From: Mobula hypostoma
Taxonomy: Eukaryota
Length of the DNA: 64,000 nt
Reading direction: 5' to 3'
Assembly: GCF_963921235.1 (NCBI RefSeq)
Contig: NC_086107.1
Location: 113,152,001 to 113,216,000, forward strand
The position numbers and the translations under genes are program-made. The notes below the pieces were generated by a model that saw nothing but the letters and a program-made list of their open reading frames with translations, had not been told where the DNA came from and ran no database searches. Positions within the stretch are counted from its first letter, which is position 1, and each line of letters opens with the position of its first letter. Below, piece after piece: positions 1 through 13,594 of this stretch.

Positions 1-3000
1 GAAACTGGACCTGTCTTGAGAATTACTCGGTATTTGGCTGACCGGCTGATTTTCGCTCAGCTCCCTTGAAACTCATATTCCTCCATTTTGCAAATTCCCT
101 TTAGGTTCGCCAGGTTCACTAGAAAATCTGTTACCACATCTAAACAAGAAGTGAATCGGGATTCCTCTTCCTCTTTTCGGGCCCTGAGCCCCTAGTGTAC
201 AATAGGCCATTGATGACTTCTGTCTGTCTCCATCATCCAAAGTCGATGTTACGGTTGTGAAGTTCATCAACATTTCTGTGGTCAGTTGTGTGCACTGTAC
301 AAGGGGTTGGCCAATACAGAGAATCAGGTCTGTATTGTGTGTTAATAGATCCCATTATCCGGAAAATCCACCAGCTATCATCAGGATGCTACAACTCCCA
401 TCTGTCCAACAACCTCCATGACCTCCCCCCCCCCACACCTTAATATCAGGTTTGAGGTACCACAGCATTAGGAAAAGGACTGTTATGATGGCATCTCCCA
501 CCAGGCTGTGAGATTACTAAACCCTCATCACCAGCCATGTCTCATCACGTATGAAGCACCAGCAGTGTTATACTGTGTACTTTTTAACTTGTATATGGAC
601 CTTATTCTAAATGTCAGTCTTCCAGAATATATTTTATAAGTTGTTAATTTATTTGTGGTCACATTACTTTTGGGTGGCAGGGTGGAGATACGTCTCTACC
701 AAAGGAGGTGTAAGGTGCTCCTTCCCTCCTCTAGCCTGCAGGTCACCTTCGGGCAAGGTGTAGCACCTGCTTAGCCCCCGGAACAGGGCCATGTGAAGCA
801 ATGGGAGCTGGTCATGCGACCACTGACATCAGACAGACAATCTCTGAAGAGTATTGATAATAGCTGAGGTCACCTACTTGTAATGACACTGCCCAGAAGA
901 AGACCATAAAACCATAAGATATAGGAGCAGGATTTGGTCATTTTGCCCATTGAGTCTGCTCTACCATTTCATCATGGCTGATCCATTTTCCCTCTCAACC
1001 CCAATCTCTTGCCTTCTCCCCGTATCCTTCATACACTGACTAATCAAGAATCTACCAACCTCTGCCTTAAGTACACCCAATGACTTGACCTCCACAGCTA
1101 CCTGTGCAACAAATTCCACAGATTCACCACTCTCTGGCTGAAGAAATTGCTGCTCATCTCTGTTCTAAATGGACGTCCCTCTATTCTGAGGCTGTGCCCT
1201 TTGGTCTAAGACTTCCTGCACCTTAGGAAACATCCGCTCCACATCCACTCTATCAAGACCTTTCAACATGTGATAGAAGAAGGCAATGGCAAACCACTTC
1301 TGTAGAAATGTTTTCCAAGAACAATCATGGTCGTGGAAAGACCATGATCGCCCTTGTCATATGACATGTCACATGAAGAACATACAAATATTACTTTATG
1401 CGTTGTGTGTGTGTTATACTTACTGTGTTGTGCACCTTTGTCCGGAGGAATGTTGTTTCTTTTGGTGGTATACATGTGTATGGTTGGATGACAATAGACT
1501 TGAATTTAATGTTGCTTTGCCTATCAATAAACAGAATCTAATTTTAAACATCAATGGATTGATTTCACCCGGAATATGACAGCACCCCCTCATAGGGCTC
1601 AAACTCCACCCTACCACCGGAGATCACAAAAGGGGAACACTGCGCTGTCTGAGGTTCAGCCAGCTATTAAACGTCCCACCCTCCTCTTTCAGATGGATGG
1701 CAATGATCTCCTGGGAAAATAAGAAGCAAAAGAAAAAAAACACCGAGAAATATCTTGTCGGTCGACAACCCCTAACAAATAGTCTGGTGACCCGGTTCGA
1801 TCCTGATCTCCAGTGCTGTCTTTACGGAGTTTGCACGCTCTCCCTGCAACCATATGAGTCCCTTCAGGTGCTCCAATCTCCTCTCACATCCTAAAGGCAA
1901 GCATTAATTGTCTGCTGTGAATTACCAGTTAGTGCCAATGGGTGTTTGATAATCAGCATTAACCCGATGGACCGAAGGGCCTGTATTATTCTGTGACTCT
2001 AAGCGCAATTTAATGGTCCATTGCCATTGGTGTAATCATTCTATACACAAATGTTTATCCATTGTAAACATTAGAAGTGAAGCCCTTTGGGTATATATGT
2101 CAAAACATCAACTCTTTTCATGTAAGTTAGACATCAAACAGCACCTGAAGTAAATATCTCCACTGTTTGTAGAGTCTTAAATAATATCTCAAAGTGACTG
2201 TTGGCTCAAAGCCTGTTGAGTAGGTGACGTCACAAGGCATCAATAGGGTCCTTTGAAAAGGTAACTTCAAGATGAACACTTGGCAGATTTCTCCAAATAA
2301 GCAACGGGCCACTTACTGAGGAACGTGGAAGACGGTTGGCAAAGGGATTTGACTTGAAGAAAGTCCATTTAGAATCTTGGCAAAGAGACAGGGTTATCAG
2401 TGGAAAGAGTCTCTGGCTATTGAAAATCAGTTAAACCTCCAGTGCAATCCTCCCCCCACATCACTTCCCAATAATACAACTGCATGCCTCTCCCTCCAAC
2501 TTGCCTCGACAGAACTTCTACATTTACAATATTTACATCATAAATAACGTCTTTTGTAATATGCCTGCCTCGGAGAGACATTTGCTGATGGTGACAGTTA
2601 CAGTTCCAAAGCAGAAACTTGTTGAGAGATGAAAGTCCTGTTTTTGTTGACCTAGTCCTCGAGAAGTGGAGATTTCTTTCATCAGAAGACACACAAGATC
2701 GGAGGGAGGAAACAACACAGCCACTCCCATCTGAGAAATATTGGACCAAGCAACTTGAAGACCTGAAAAATAAAAAAAAAGAAATTATTATTGCAGCCCA
2801 ACGAGCCAACTCCACCCATGTGACCAGTTCGGTTACTAACCCGTACGTCTTTGGAATTTTGGAGGAAAGCAGAGTACTTTAGTCACAGGGAGAACGTGCA
2901 AATCCTAACAGACAACAGCAGAATTGAGCCCGGGCCACTGGCGCTATAATAATGCTATGCTACCTTGGTACACTCATCTACTCCTCAGCACCGGGAACAA

Positions 3001-4837
3001 TAATAAACCAATAACAATATTAGTAATAAGGAACCTGGAGACTTGGCGCGAGTCCATGATTGACTCCATCTCTCGCTGATCTCACCGATTAAAGTGTCGA
3101 GGGAGATTGAAATCGTTGAGGAGTGAGCGAAAGGTGAGCGGGTGTTCAGCGCCATCTACCAGCCTATCTTCTGCTGCTGTCAGAGGAAGGTGTCTGCGTG
3201 TGACGGTCTACCTCTCCCTCTCGCTCACTGCTCCCGGAGGTAAGTCCCGGTATTCTTATCGTCTCTCTTTACCCCCGGCGCTGTCCAAAGATGGTGCTGG
3301 AGTTCTGGGCCTTGGGCAAGGTTTAATTGATGTGGTTTGTGAATTGGACTCTGTAGTTCACATTACGTTGTGTTTCTGGTTTCTATGGCTATATTGGGTG
3401 AATTTGAATCGGGACGGCCTGCAGGTAATGAACACCGCGGTAGCTGAACTGAACGTGCCTAGACTCTTTCGATTTTGCGGTTTATATTCTGCGTTTTTTT
3501 GCTCGTATTTCTGTTCCTGTTTGTGCAATTTATTTTTGATGTTTTTCTTTGAATGGGTTCCATGGTGTTTCTGTGCTTCGTGGCTGTCTGTGAGGAAGAT
3601 GAATCTCAGGGTTGTATACTGCATATGTACTTCAATAATAAATGTACTTTGAACCTTGAAAACCAATATCCATTTCTTTCCTGACCTTCTCTCATTCTCC
3701 TTACCATTCTGTTCCTCCTACAATCCACAGTGCTAAAGTTTCAAAGTTCGAAGTATGTATACATTAAACAACCCTGAAATTTGTCTCCTTACAGGTGGCC
3801 ATGAAACAAAAAAAACCCAAAAGAACCCATTAAAGAAAGACCGTCGAACACTCAGTGTGCAGAGAGAAGAAACATATTCCACCCCCCCCATTGCTCCTCA
3901 AACATCTCCCTTGCTCTTCCTCTTGGACCCTCACCCTTCCACCCTAACCTTCTGAGCTTTGGTTGGGTGGACAATGCTCCTCATGACACCTCAGTGCACC
4001 GAGCCACTGAACGCATTTGCACGGCCAGTAAAATCCCAATAATCTGCCACCCTTGGGTCCTTGGTGCAACTGAGCCAACAGACTTCCCAGACAATTCAAT
4101 ATTATTCCTACTATAATAGTTACAGGCATCCGTTAGTCTCATGAGACCATGGATTTGCGCCTTGGAAGGTTTCCAGGGCGCAGGCCTGGACAAGGTTGTA
4201 TGGAAGACCAGCAGTTGCCCATGCTGCAAGTCTCCCCTCTCCACACCACTGATGTTGTCCAAGGGAAGGGCACTAGGGCCGATACAGCTTGGCACCGGTG
4301 TCGTCACAGAGCACTGTATGATTAAGTGCCTTGCTCAAGGACACACACGCTGCCTCAGCCAAGGCTCAAACTAGCGACCTTCAAATCACTAGATGAACGC
4401 TTTAACCACTTGGCCACATACCTTAATAATTCCTATTAAGGGTAGGAATATTGAGGATAGGTGGAGTGAGCTAGGGCTTTTCTCTCTGGAGCAAAGGAGG
4501 ATAAGAGGTGAGGTGAGACCATAAGACATAGGAACAGATTTAGGCCATTCAGCCCATCAAGTCCGCTCTGCCATTCTACCATGGCTGATTTATTTTCCCT
4601 CTCAACCATATTCTCCTGCCTTCTGCCCATAACCTTTTATGCCCTGACTAATTAGGAATCGATCAACCTCCGCCTTAGATATACGTAATGGCTTGGCATG
4701 CACAGACGTCTGCGGCAATGAATTCCACAGATTCACCACTCTCCAGCTAAAGAAATTCATCCTTGTCTCTGTTCTAAATGGCTGTCCCTCTATTCTAAGG
4801 CCGTGCCCTCTACGATAGAGATGTAGAAGATGATAAG

Positions 4838-5095
4838 CCACGGTAACATAGCAGTCAATGTGACGCGATTACAGCTCGGGGTGTTGGAGTTCGGAGTTCA
4901 ATCCCGGCCCCATCCATAAGGAGATGGTATGTCCTCCACGTGGAATGCGTGGGCTTTCTCCGGGTGCTCCGGTTCCCCCCACAGCCCAAAGACACACTGG
5001 TCAGGAGGTTAGTAGGCCATTGTAAATTGTCCTGTGATTAAGCTGGGGTTACTGGGTGGTGTGGTTCGAAAGGCCGGTAGAACCTGTTCCAATCT
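4838..5095 (+). mobile_element. V-SINE (HE1-like) tRNA-derived SINE (other copies ~26410, ~31940, ~39650, ~46310)
   Basis: B box GAGTTCAATCC and V-domain-like GCGTGGG..TTTCTCCGGGTGCTCCGGTT...CCCAAAGAC. Confidence 0.7.
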
Positions 5096-5585
5096 CAAAT
5101 CTCAATCTCATGGCCGAGAAAGCTTACTGATGCATCTACTTCATCAGGAGGCATGCCCTCCTTGACCCTCACCAAATTTCCTGCACCACAGACAGAATCC
5201 TAGCCAGATGCATCCACTGCGGTTGGGTGGGACTACAATGAGGGGTCATGGGTTAAGGTTGAAAGGTGAAACTTCTTCACTCAGCCTGTGGAACGAGCTG
5301 CCAGCACAAGTGGTGGATGTGATTTCACTTTCAATGTTTAGGGGAAGCTTGGATAGGTACATGGATGGGAAGGGTAAGGAGGGGGGTATGGGTGCAAGGC
5401 AATGGGACGAGGCAATTTAAACCATTCAGCATGGACTAGATGGGCCAAAGGGTCTGTTCCTGTGCTGGAGTGTTCTAGGACTCTATAAGTTGGCATGGCA
5501 ACCACTCTGCCTGGGACGACAAGAAACCCTATGTTGGTAATATCGTAATTTTAAGGTAATTGGAGGAAAGTATAAAGGAATATAG

Positions 5586-6155
5586 ATGTACTGTGGACAG
5601 CATTTGACAGGCTGCATCACTGTCTGGTATGGAGGGGCTACTGCACAGGACCGAAAGAAGCCGCAGAAGGTTGTAAATCTAGTCAGCTCCATCTTGGGTA
5701 CTAGCCTACAAAGTACCCAGGACATGTTCAAGGAGCGGTATCTCAGAAAGGCAGCTTCCATTATTAAGGACCTCCAGCACCCAGGGCATGCCCTTTTCTC
5801 ACTGTTACCATCAGGGAGGAGGTACAGAAGCCTGAAGGCACACACTCAGCGACTCAGGAACAGCTCCTTCCCCTCTGCCATCCGATTCCTAAATGGACAT
5901 TGAAGCTTTGGACACTATCTCACTTTTTAAAAAATATACAGTATTTATGTTTTTGCCCATTTTTAATCCATTCAATATACATATTCTGTTATTTATTTAT
6001 TTATCTATTAATTAATTAATTAATTAATTACTTAATTATTATCTTAACCTATTTATTGTTTTCTCTTCTAGATTACTTATTGCATTGAACTGCTGCTACT
6101 AAGTTAACAAATTTCACATCACATGCCGGTGGTTATAAACCTGATTCTGATTCTG
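5586..6155 (+). mobile_element. Rex1/Babar-like LINE 3' fragment
   Basis: LTGCITVWYGGATAQDRKKPQKVV...HPGHALFSLLPSGRRYRSLKAHTQRLRNS; (gattct)n tail; nested in a CR1 fragment. Confidence 0.8.
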
Positions 6156-7147
6156 ATATCAGAGGTAGGTTTACTTTACACAGAGAGTGGTGGGTGCGTG
6201 GAACACCCTGCCAGGGATGGTGGTAGAGGCAGATACATTAGGGAGATTTAAGACTCTCGGATAGGCACAAGGATGAAAGAAAAATGGAGTGCTATCTGGG
6301 AGATTGATTGATTTTAGATCAGGTTAAAGGGCCAGCACAATATTGTGGGCAGAAGGGCCGGCACTGTGCTGTAATGTTCTATGTTATATGGTCTAAGCTG
6401 TGGACATAGCCCATCACATCATGGAAACTAGCTTCCCCTCCATGAACTCTGTCTACAGCAGAGTCAACGTAACGAAGGGTCCCATTTATCATGGGCACTA
6501 TCTCTTCTCCCCTCCTTCCCACCAGGCAGAAGATACAAAACCTGAAAGCACTCACCAACGGGCTCAAGGACAGCTCCTACCCTGTTGATATAAGACCATT
6601 TTACAGACCCCTTTTACAATGAGATGGACTCTTGACCTTATAGTCCACCCGCACTGCAGTTTCTCTGTAACTGCAACACCTTACCCTGCATTCTCAAGTT
6701 CAAGGTAAATTTTATTATCAAAGAACATACGTCACCATATACAACCCTGAGATTCTTTTTCCTGTGGGCACACTCAGCAAATCTATAGAATAGTAACTAT
6801 AACAGGATCAATGAAAGATCAACCAGAGTGCAGAAGACAACAAACTGTGCAAATGCAAATATAAATAAATAGCAATAAATATTGAAAATAAATAAGAATA
6901 AAGAATCCTTAAAGTGAGATCATTGGTTGTGGGAACATCTCAATGGATGAGCAAGTGACTGTAGTTGTCCTCTTTTGTTCGAGAGCCTGATGGTTGAGGG
7001 GTAGTAACTGTTCTTGAACCTGGTGGTGTGAGTCCTGAGGCTCTTGTACCTTCTACCTGATGGCAGCAGCGAGAAGAGAGCATGGTCTGGGTGGTGAGGA
7101 TCTTTGATGACGGATGCTGCTTTTCTATGACAGTGCTTCATGCTCTA

Positions 7148-7825
7148 CATAGAACATAGAAGAGTACAGCACAGGAAAGGCCATTCAGCCCACAATGTTG
7201 TGCTGAACCAGCTACAAAACAGATCAATAACAGCCAAACACTAATCCCTCCTACCTACACCATGTCCATATTCCTCCATCTTCCTCACATCCATGTGCCT
7301 GTCTAAACGTCTCTTAAAAGCCTCTATTGTATTTGCCTCTACCACCAGCACATTCCAGGCATCCACCACTCTCTGAGTAAAAAGCTTACCCCTCACATTC
7401 CACTTGAACCTATCCACTCTCACTTGCAACGCATGGCTACTAGTATTAGACATTTCTACCCTGGGAAAACAATACTCCCTGTCTACTCTATCTATGCCTC
7501 TCAATCTTATAAACCTCTATCAGATCTGCCTCGATCCTCCGCTGCTCCAGAGAAAACAACCCAAGTTTATCCAGCCTCTCATGACAGCGCATGCCCTCTA
7601 AACCAGACAGCATCCTGGTAAACCACTTCTGCGCCCTCTCCAAAGCCTCAACATCTTTCCTATAAGAGGGCAACCACGACTGTACAGAATACTCCAGACG
7701 TGGCTTAACCAGAGTCTATGAAGTTGCAACATAATCTCGTGACTTTTGAACTCAATGTCTTGACTAATAAAGCAAGCATTCCATAAGCCTTCTTAGCCAC
7801 CCTATCGACCTGTGTGAGCCACTTT
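7148..7825 (-). mobile_element. CR1-type LINE 3' fragment
   Basis: YRKDVEALERAQKWFTRML...FTQRVVDAWN; (ttctatg)n tail. Confidence 0.85.
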
Positions 7826-9249
7826 CATGTCCTACTTGTTCCTTTCCCTTTTATACTATCTCAGTGGACTGACGTGACGGAATGCACGCGAAACACGGAC
7901 GACAATAATACCAGCTGCACACTGGAATTGTATTCCAAGCCACCAACTCAGGGTCTGGATTAATGAGTGAGCCAGATGCCAAACCATCGGTGTCTCTGAG
8001 CAACCGGTTGCCAGATTATCTGCGTTTTATTCTAATTTGTTGCTTCTTAGCCTCACATTTGTTGGATCTTGCCTTCTTCTCAGCTGTGAGACCAATTGTG
8101 CAACAGGGTATTTTCATGTGGTTTCATTTTGAAGCGTGCAAGAGGTTTCCTGAAATCATTACTGCATGGCGCAAATCCAACCCACAAGCTCGTTCTTGCA
8201 GTTTTGAAGCCAGTGGGTTTGAATGGTTTTACAGTATGAAACTCCAGCTTTCAGCTTAATTGGTGAGAGTTCCCCTTAACCCTTGAGAATTAGGTTTTCA
8301 GCAGCACACAATGTGCTGGAGGAACTCAGCATCGGTGGTGAGAAATGGAAGGCTCCCTAGACCAGAGAAAGAGCTCCCACCTTCCTTCGCTCCAAAATGT
8401 CCACTCTCAGCTCTCTGAGAGATGAGGAAGATGACGCTTTGGAGTAAAAGAAGATGAGAGGTGACTTGATAGAAGTGTATAAGATGATAAGAGTTATAGA
8501 AAAAGTGATGGGTGGCAGGGTGGAGATATGTCTCCACCAAAGGAGGGGTCAGGTGCTCCTTCCCTCCTCTAGCCTGCAGGTCACCTTCAGGCAAGGCGTA
8601 GCACCCGCTTAGCCCCCAGTCTCCTGCCTTCCCCCCCCACCCATATCCCTTCATGCCCTGACTAATCAAGAATCTATCAACCACTGCCTTAAAATGACTT
8701 GGCCTCCACAGCCACCTGTGGCAAAGAATTCCCCAGATTCACCACCCTCTGGCTAAAGAAATTCCTCCTCATCTCCGTTCTAAAAGGACGCCTCTCTATT
8801 CTGAGGCTGCGTCCTCCGGTCTCAGACTCCCCCACCAGAGGAGACACCCTCTCAGCATCCACTCCATCGAGGCCTTTCAACATCCGATAGGTTTCATTGA
8901 GGTCACCCGTCTTGTAAAGACACTGCCCAGAAGAAGGCGATGGCAAACCACTTCCGTAGAAAGATTTGCCAAGAACAATAGTGGTCATTGACCGTGATTG
9001 CCCACGTTGTATGGCATGGCACGGCACATAAATTGGTGATTTAGAGGGTACAGCCATCACCTTTATCCCTGGGTGGCGATAACTAATACCTGACGACATT
9101 GGTGAGCGGAGGAAATTTTAAGGGAGATGTCAGAGGTAGGTTTTTTTACACAGACTCAGAATCAGATTTAATATCACCAGCATAAGTTGTGAAATTTGGT
9201 ATTGCAATACAGAGTAATAAAAAACTATAAATCACAATAAGAACAAAGG

Positions 9250-9790
9250 TAGGAGATTCTGCTGTTGCTAGAAATCCTGAACAACTCTCTCAAAACGCCA
9301 GAGGAACTCCACAGGTCAGGCAGCATCTAAGGAGAGGAATAAAGAGTGAATGTTTTGGGCCAAGACCCTTCTTCAGCACTGAGAAGGAAGGGGGAAGCAG
9401 CCAGAATAAAAAGCTGGGGGCAGGGGAAGGAGGCTAGCTGGATAGGTGAAGACAGATGGGTGGGAAAGGTCAAGGGCTGGAGAAGAAAGGACTGACAGGA
9501 GAGGAGAGTGGAGTATAGGAGAAAGGGAAGGAGGAGGAGGCCCAGGGGGAAGTAATAGGCAGGTGAGAAGAAGTGAAAGGTCGGAGTGAGGGGTTTATTG
9601 TTTACTGGAGGGAGAAATCGATATTCATGCCATCAGGTGGGAGGCTACCCAGACGGAATATAAGGTTTTGCTCCTCCACCCTGAGGGTTGCCTCATCTTG
9701 GCACAAGAGGAGGCCATAGATCGACATGTCGGAATGGGAATGGGAATTGGAATTAAAATGTTTGGCCACCAGGAGGTCCTGCTTGTGGAA
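9250..9790 (-). mobile_element. Penelope-like element 3' fragment (older)
   Basis: KQDLLVAKHFNSNSHSHSDMSIYGLLLCQDEATLRVEEQNLIFRLGSLPPDGMNIDF plus degenerate pLTR. Confidence 0.8.
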
Positions 9791-10009
9791 GTAACAATGG
9801 CTGTGACTGTCCATTTCAGCTGCAGTGGTCCGAAATGGGAATATTTGATGATTCCCATCGGAACTGCACACAACAGTCGCCACTTAATGGCTTATCCTAC
9901 CAAGAAGAGCTTGGAATGCACTGCCAGAGTTGGTGGCAGAGGGTAGGCACATGGATGAAAGAAAAATGGAGGCTTATCAGCTGCACAGGGAGGAAGGGTT
10001 AGATCAGAA

Positions 10010-11010
10010 ACGGAGCGAGGGAGCAATTTCAAGTTGCTGGGCATCAATGTCTCTGAAGATCGATTCTGGACCCAACATATCGATGCAGCTACAAAGAAGG
10101 CACAACAGTGGCTGTTTTTCATTAGCAGCTTGAGAAGATTTGGTATGTGCCCAAAAACACTCGAAAATCCCTACAATTATACCGTGGAGAGCACTTTTTC
10201 CTGGCTGCAACACCGTCTGGTATGGGGGTGAGAGGAGTCTACTGCACAGGATCGAAGTAAGCCGCAGAGAGTTGTAAACTTAGTCTGCTCCATCACGGTG
10301 GGCACTAGCCTCTGTGGTATCCAGGACATCTTCAAGGAGTCATGCCTCAAAAGGGCGGCGTCCATCGTTAAGGACCCTCATCACCCAGGTCATGCCTGGT
10401 TCTCATTGTTACCATCAGGAAGGAGGTACAGAAGCCTGAAGGCACACACTCAATGATTCAGGAACAGTTTCTTCCCTGCTGTCATCTGATTTCTGAATGG
10501 ACATTGAACCCATGAACACTACCTCACTACTTTTTTGTTTCTATTTTGCACTACTTATTTAATGTAACTATATACTACTCACTGGGTGTCGGCGCGTGGC
10601 CAAGTGGTTAAGGCGTTCGTCTAGTGATCTGAAGGTCATGAGTTCGAGCCTTGGCTGAGGCAGCGTGTTGTGTCCTTGAGCAAGGCACTTAACCACACAT
10701 TGCTCTGCGACGACACTGGTGCCAAGCTGTATGGGTCCTAGTGCCCTTCCCTTGGACAACATCAGTGGCGTGGAGAGGGGAGACTTGCAGCATGGGCAAC
10801 TGCCGGTCTTCCATACAACCTTGTCTAGGCCTACGCCCTGGAGACCTTCCAAGGCGCAAATCCATGGTCTCACGAGGCTAATGGATGCCTATATACTTAC
10901 TGCATTCATGTTTTTCTCTCTATTACCATGTAGCATTGTACTGCTGCCATAAAGTTAACAAATATCATGACGTGTGCCAGTGATATTAACCCTGATTCAG
11001 ATTCTGATTG
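10010..11010 (+). mobile_element. Rex1/Babar-like LINE fragment interrupted by a CORE-SINE
   Basis: LGINVSEDRFWTQHIDAATKKAQQWLFF...; same 3' end as other copies. Confidence 0.8.
10583..10893 (+). mobile_element. tRNA-derived CORE-type SINE (further copies ~4123-4419 -, ~56415-56702 -, ~59941-60250 +)
   Basis: A box TGGCCAAGTGG, B box AGTTCGAGCC, CORE-like GTGTCCTTGAGCAAGGCACTTAAC; four highly similar ~300-bp copies. Confidence 0.85.
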
Positions 11011-11390
11011 ATCTTGGCGTAGACTTACATCGATTGGCACAACCTCATGAGCTGAAGGGCCCATGTTTCTGAAGTGCCCACTGTTTGTTTCCCTCCATGG
11101 ATCAGTCTGATCTGCTGAGCTCCCCCGGACCGTTGTGTGTCGCTCCACATTCCAGCATCTACAACCACTGGGATAGTATCATCTTTGGATCCCTTGAGTA
11201 CAAGACTGAAATGAAGGTAGACAACCACGGGATCATCTTTGCCTGGTGGTTATTTTGGAAGGAACCATTTTATCCGCAGCCCACGTTCAAAGGGGGTGTG
11301 CAATGAACGTAGGACCAGCCCGAGGAGAATCATACGCACTGCTGCATTCTAAGACCATAGAGGGATATAGACTCAATCAGCTCCATCATC

Positions 11391-11700
11391 CTCCAAGAGG
11401 ACAACAACTGGGTTTGGGGGCTTGCGTACCTCAATGACCCAGAGAGCTACGCTGGCTGGAGTCAGGGCTTTATGATTTGGCTCTTGGTGGGGTCACCCAT
11501 GCCAGACAGGTCAGAGGGTAGAGGCCAGACTAAGAGTGGTCCGCTGGTCCTCCAGGTTCCAGGGTTCAGCTCAGGGCTGACAACCCCGACTGATCAAACA
11601 GAACTGTTCCAGAAACAGCAATGAAGATTCCTCTTGCATCTGAGTACGACAGGACTTGCATGGCTGGCAGTAAACCGTGAGGAAGCTACTGGCATGATGG
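11391..11700 (+). mobile_element. RTE-clade (Rex3/Expander-like) 5'-UTR-derived element (minus copies ~21890-22120, ~25295-25615, ~36630-37085)
   Basis: Shared AATGACCCAGAGAGCTA...GGGTCACCCATGCCAGACAGGTC...CCAGACTAAGAG motif resembling the Rex3 5' UTR. Confidence 0.6.
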
Positions 11701-12440
11701 AGGAAGCTGTGAACGCCGCCAGAGATGGAGGAGCTTCGTTGTTGCCCGAAACGCCAGCGGCGTGAGGGGCAGAAGAAGAAGAAGCCCCATCATGGGCACA
11801 GCCCTCCCCACCATTGAGGACATCAGATTCAAAAGGCAGTGTCTCAGAAGATGCCATCCGTCAGTAAGGACCCTCAGCAGCTGGGACACACACGCAACAT
11901 TCTTCCCCTCCGGCTTCAGATTCCTGAGCGGTCTACGAACCCACGAACACGATCTCACTACGCTGCTTTCAATTGATTTATTGGGTCATTTATCAGAATC
12001 AGGTTTAATATCACCGGCATATGTCATGAAATTTGTTATTTTGTGGCAGCAGTGCATTGCAATGCATAATAATAAAAACTATAAATTACAATATGGAATA
12101 TATATCATTTGTCATTCCTCTCTGCGCCTTGAGGAGTATTGGGCAGCATTCCTCGCTGTTTCTTTAGCATTTGTCTGTTTTCTACGAGGCCGAGTTGCCG
12201 GCTCGACGCTCAACCCAGCACGGATGGGAAGCGTGCAAGGATCCGGCCGGACTCGAACCCGCGACCACTTGCTTCAAAGTCCAGTGTGGATGCCACTACA
12301 GCACCGGCCAGCTAGAAATATTTATAATATATATATAATTCATACATTAAACTAAACAAGTAGTACAGGAAGAGAGTAAAAAATAAGGAGAAGTATGCCG
12401 ATGTAATGTTCATGGGTTCATTGTCCATTCCGAAATCGGA

Positions 12441-12570
12441 TGGCGGAGGGGAAGAAGCTGTTCCTGAATCGCTGAGTGTGTGTCTTCAGGCTCCTGTACC
12501 TCCTCCCTGATGGCAGAGGGGAAGAAGCTGTTCCTGAATCGCTGAGTGTGTGTCTTCAGGCTCCTGTACC
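12441..12570 (+). repeat. 70-bp tandem duplication inside a Rex1-like fragment
   Basis: TGGC(G/A)GAGGGGAAGAAGCTGTTCCTGAATCGCTGAGTGTGTGTCTTCAGGCTCCTGTACC repeated at 12441 and 12511. Confidence 0.85.
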
Positions 12571-13069
12571 TTGATGGCAGCAATCAGAAGAGGGCATGTT
12601 CTCTTCTCATGTCTGTTCACTTGTCTATCTATTTATCCATTAATTAATTAATTTATTTACTTCAACGCACACAAAATGCTGGAGGAACTCAGCAGGTTAG
12701 GCAGCATCTATGGAAATGAATAAATTAAGTAATGTTAACTTTTATTTATTTATTACTGTAACTGATCGGTAATTTTTAAAATAAATTTTACCACATATGT
12801 CTATGATAATTAACTTGATTGTGACTCTGTCCTGATAGGCCACAGATCCAGAACTAGCGGCTGTAAATAAGAGAGCACCAGGAATAATATCCAGTGCAGG
12901 ATTCAGAAGGAATGCCTTCAGCAAGAAAATGGGGAGAAGATATTCCTCCTGGGAATATTTGAGACTAATAACAGAGCGGGATTCAATGAAGGTATAAGAG
13001 CGACCAGGAGAGAAGGGTATATTGATGGGGTGAGATGTTCAGTGGTGGACGAAAGTTTGTAGATGGCTA

Positions 13070-13348
13070 CACACATAAAAGTTGCTGGTGAACGCAGCAG
13101 GCCAGGCTGCATCTCTAGGAAGAGGTACAGTCGACGTTTCGGGCCGAGACCCTTCGTCAGGACTAACTGAAAGAAGAACTAGTAAATCTCTTACTAGCTC
13201 TTCTTTCAGTTAGTCCTGACGAAGGGTCTCGGCCCGAAACGTCCACTGTACATCTACCTAGAGATGCAGCCTGGCCTGCTGCGTTCACCAGTAACTTTTA
13301 TGTATGTTGCTTGAAATTCCAGCATCTGCAGATTTCCTCATGTTTGCA
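13070..13348. mobile_element. Fold-back (inverted) Penelope-like pLTR insertion with 14-bp target-site duplication
   Basis: Arms of ~110 bp are near-perfect reverse complements around ctagtaa-atctc-ttactag. Flanked by TTTGTAGATGGCTA at 13056-13069 and 13349-13362. Confidence 0.85.
13128..13165 (-). ncRNA. Minimal type I hammerhead ribozyme motif (Penelope pLTR)
   Basis: Minus strand tagtc-CTGACGA-agggtctcggccc-GAAAC-GTC-gactg: intact catalytic core, stem II GGG/CCC, stem I agtc/gact, palindromic short stem III. Similar intact copies near 23440, 27912 and 45236 (all minus). Confidence 0.75.
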
Positions 13349-13594
13349 TTTGTAGATGGCTATTGGTTTAACGTTGCCAGGTGCACCAAGATACAGGGAA
13401 AAACTTTGCCTGTATAACACCCCCGACAGATCATTTTGTTCCGGAGCAGAGTGAGGTAATAGAAAAGAGGAAAAACCCAGAACGCAGAATATAGAGTTAC
13501 CATTCAGAGAAAGTGTAGTGCAGGTCACAGAGTCATGGAGCACTACAGCACAGAAACAGGCCCTTCAGCCCATCTAGTCCATGCCAAACTGTTC

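Noticed and set aside
10590..10660. tRNA-like A/B boxes
   Set aside because: They are SINE heads continuing into a repeated body; no complete cloverleaf.
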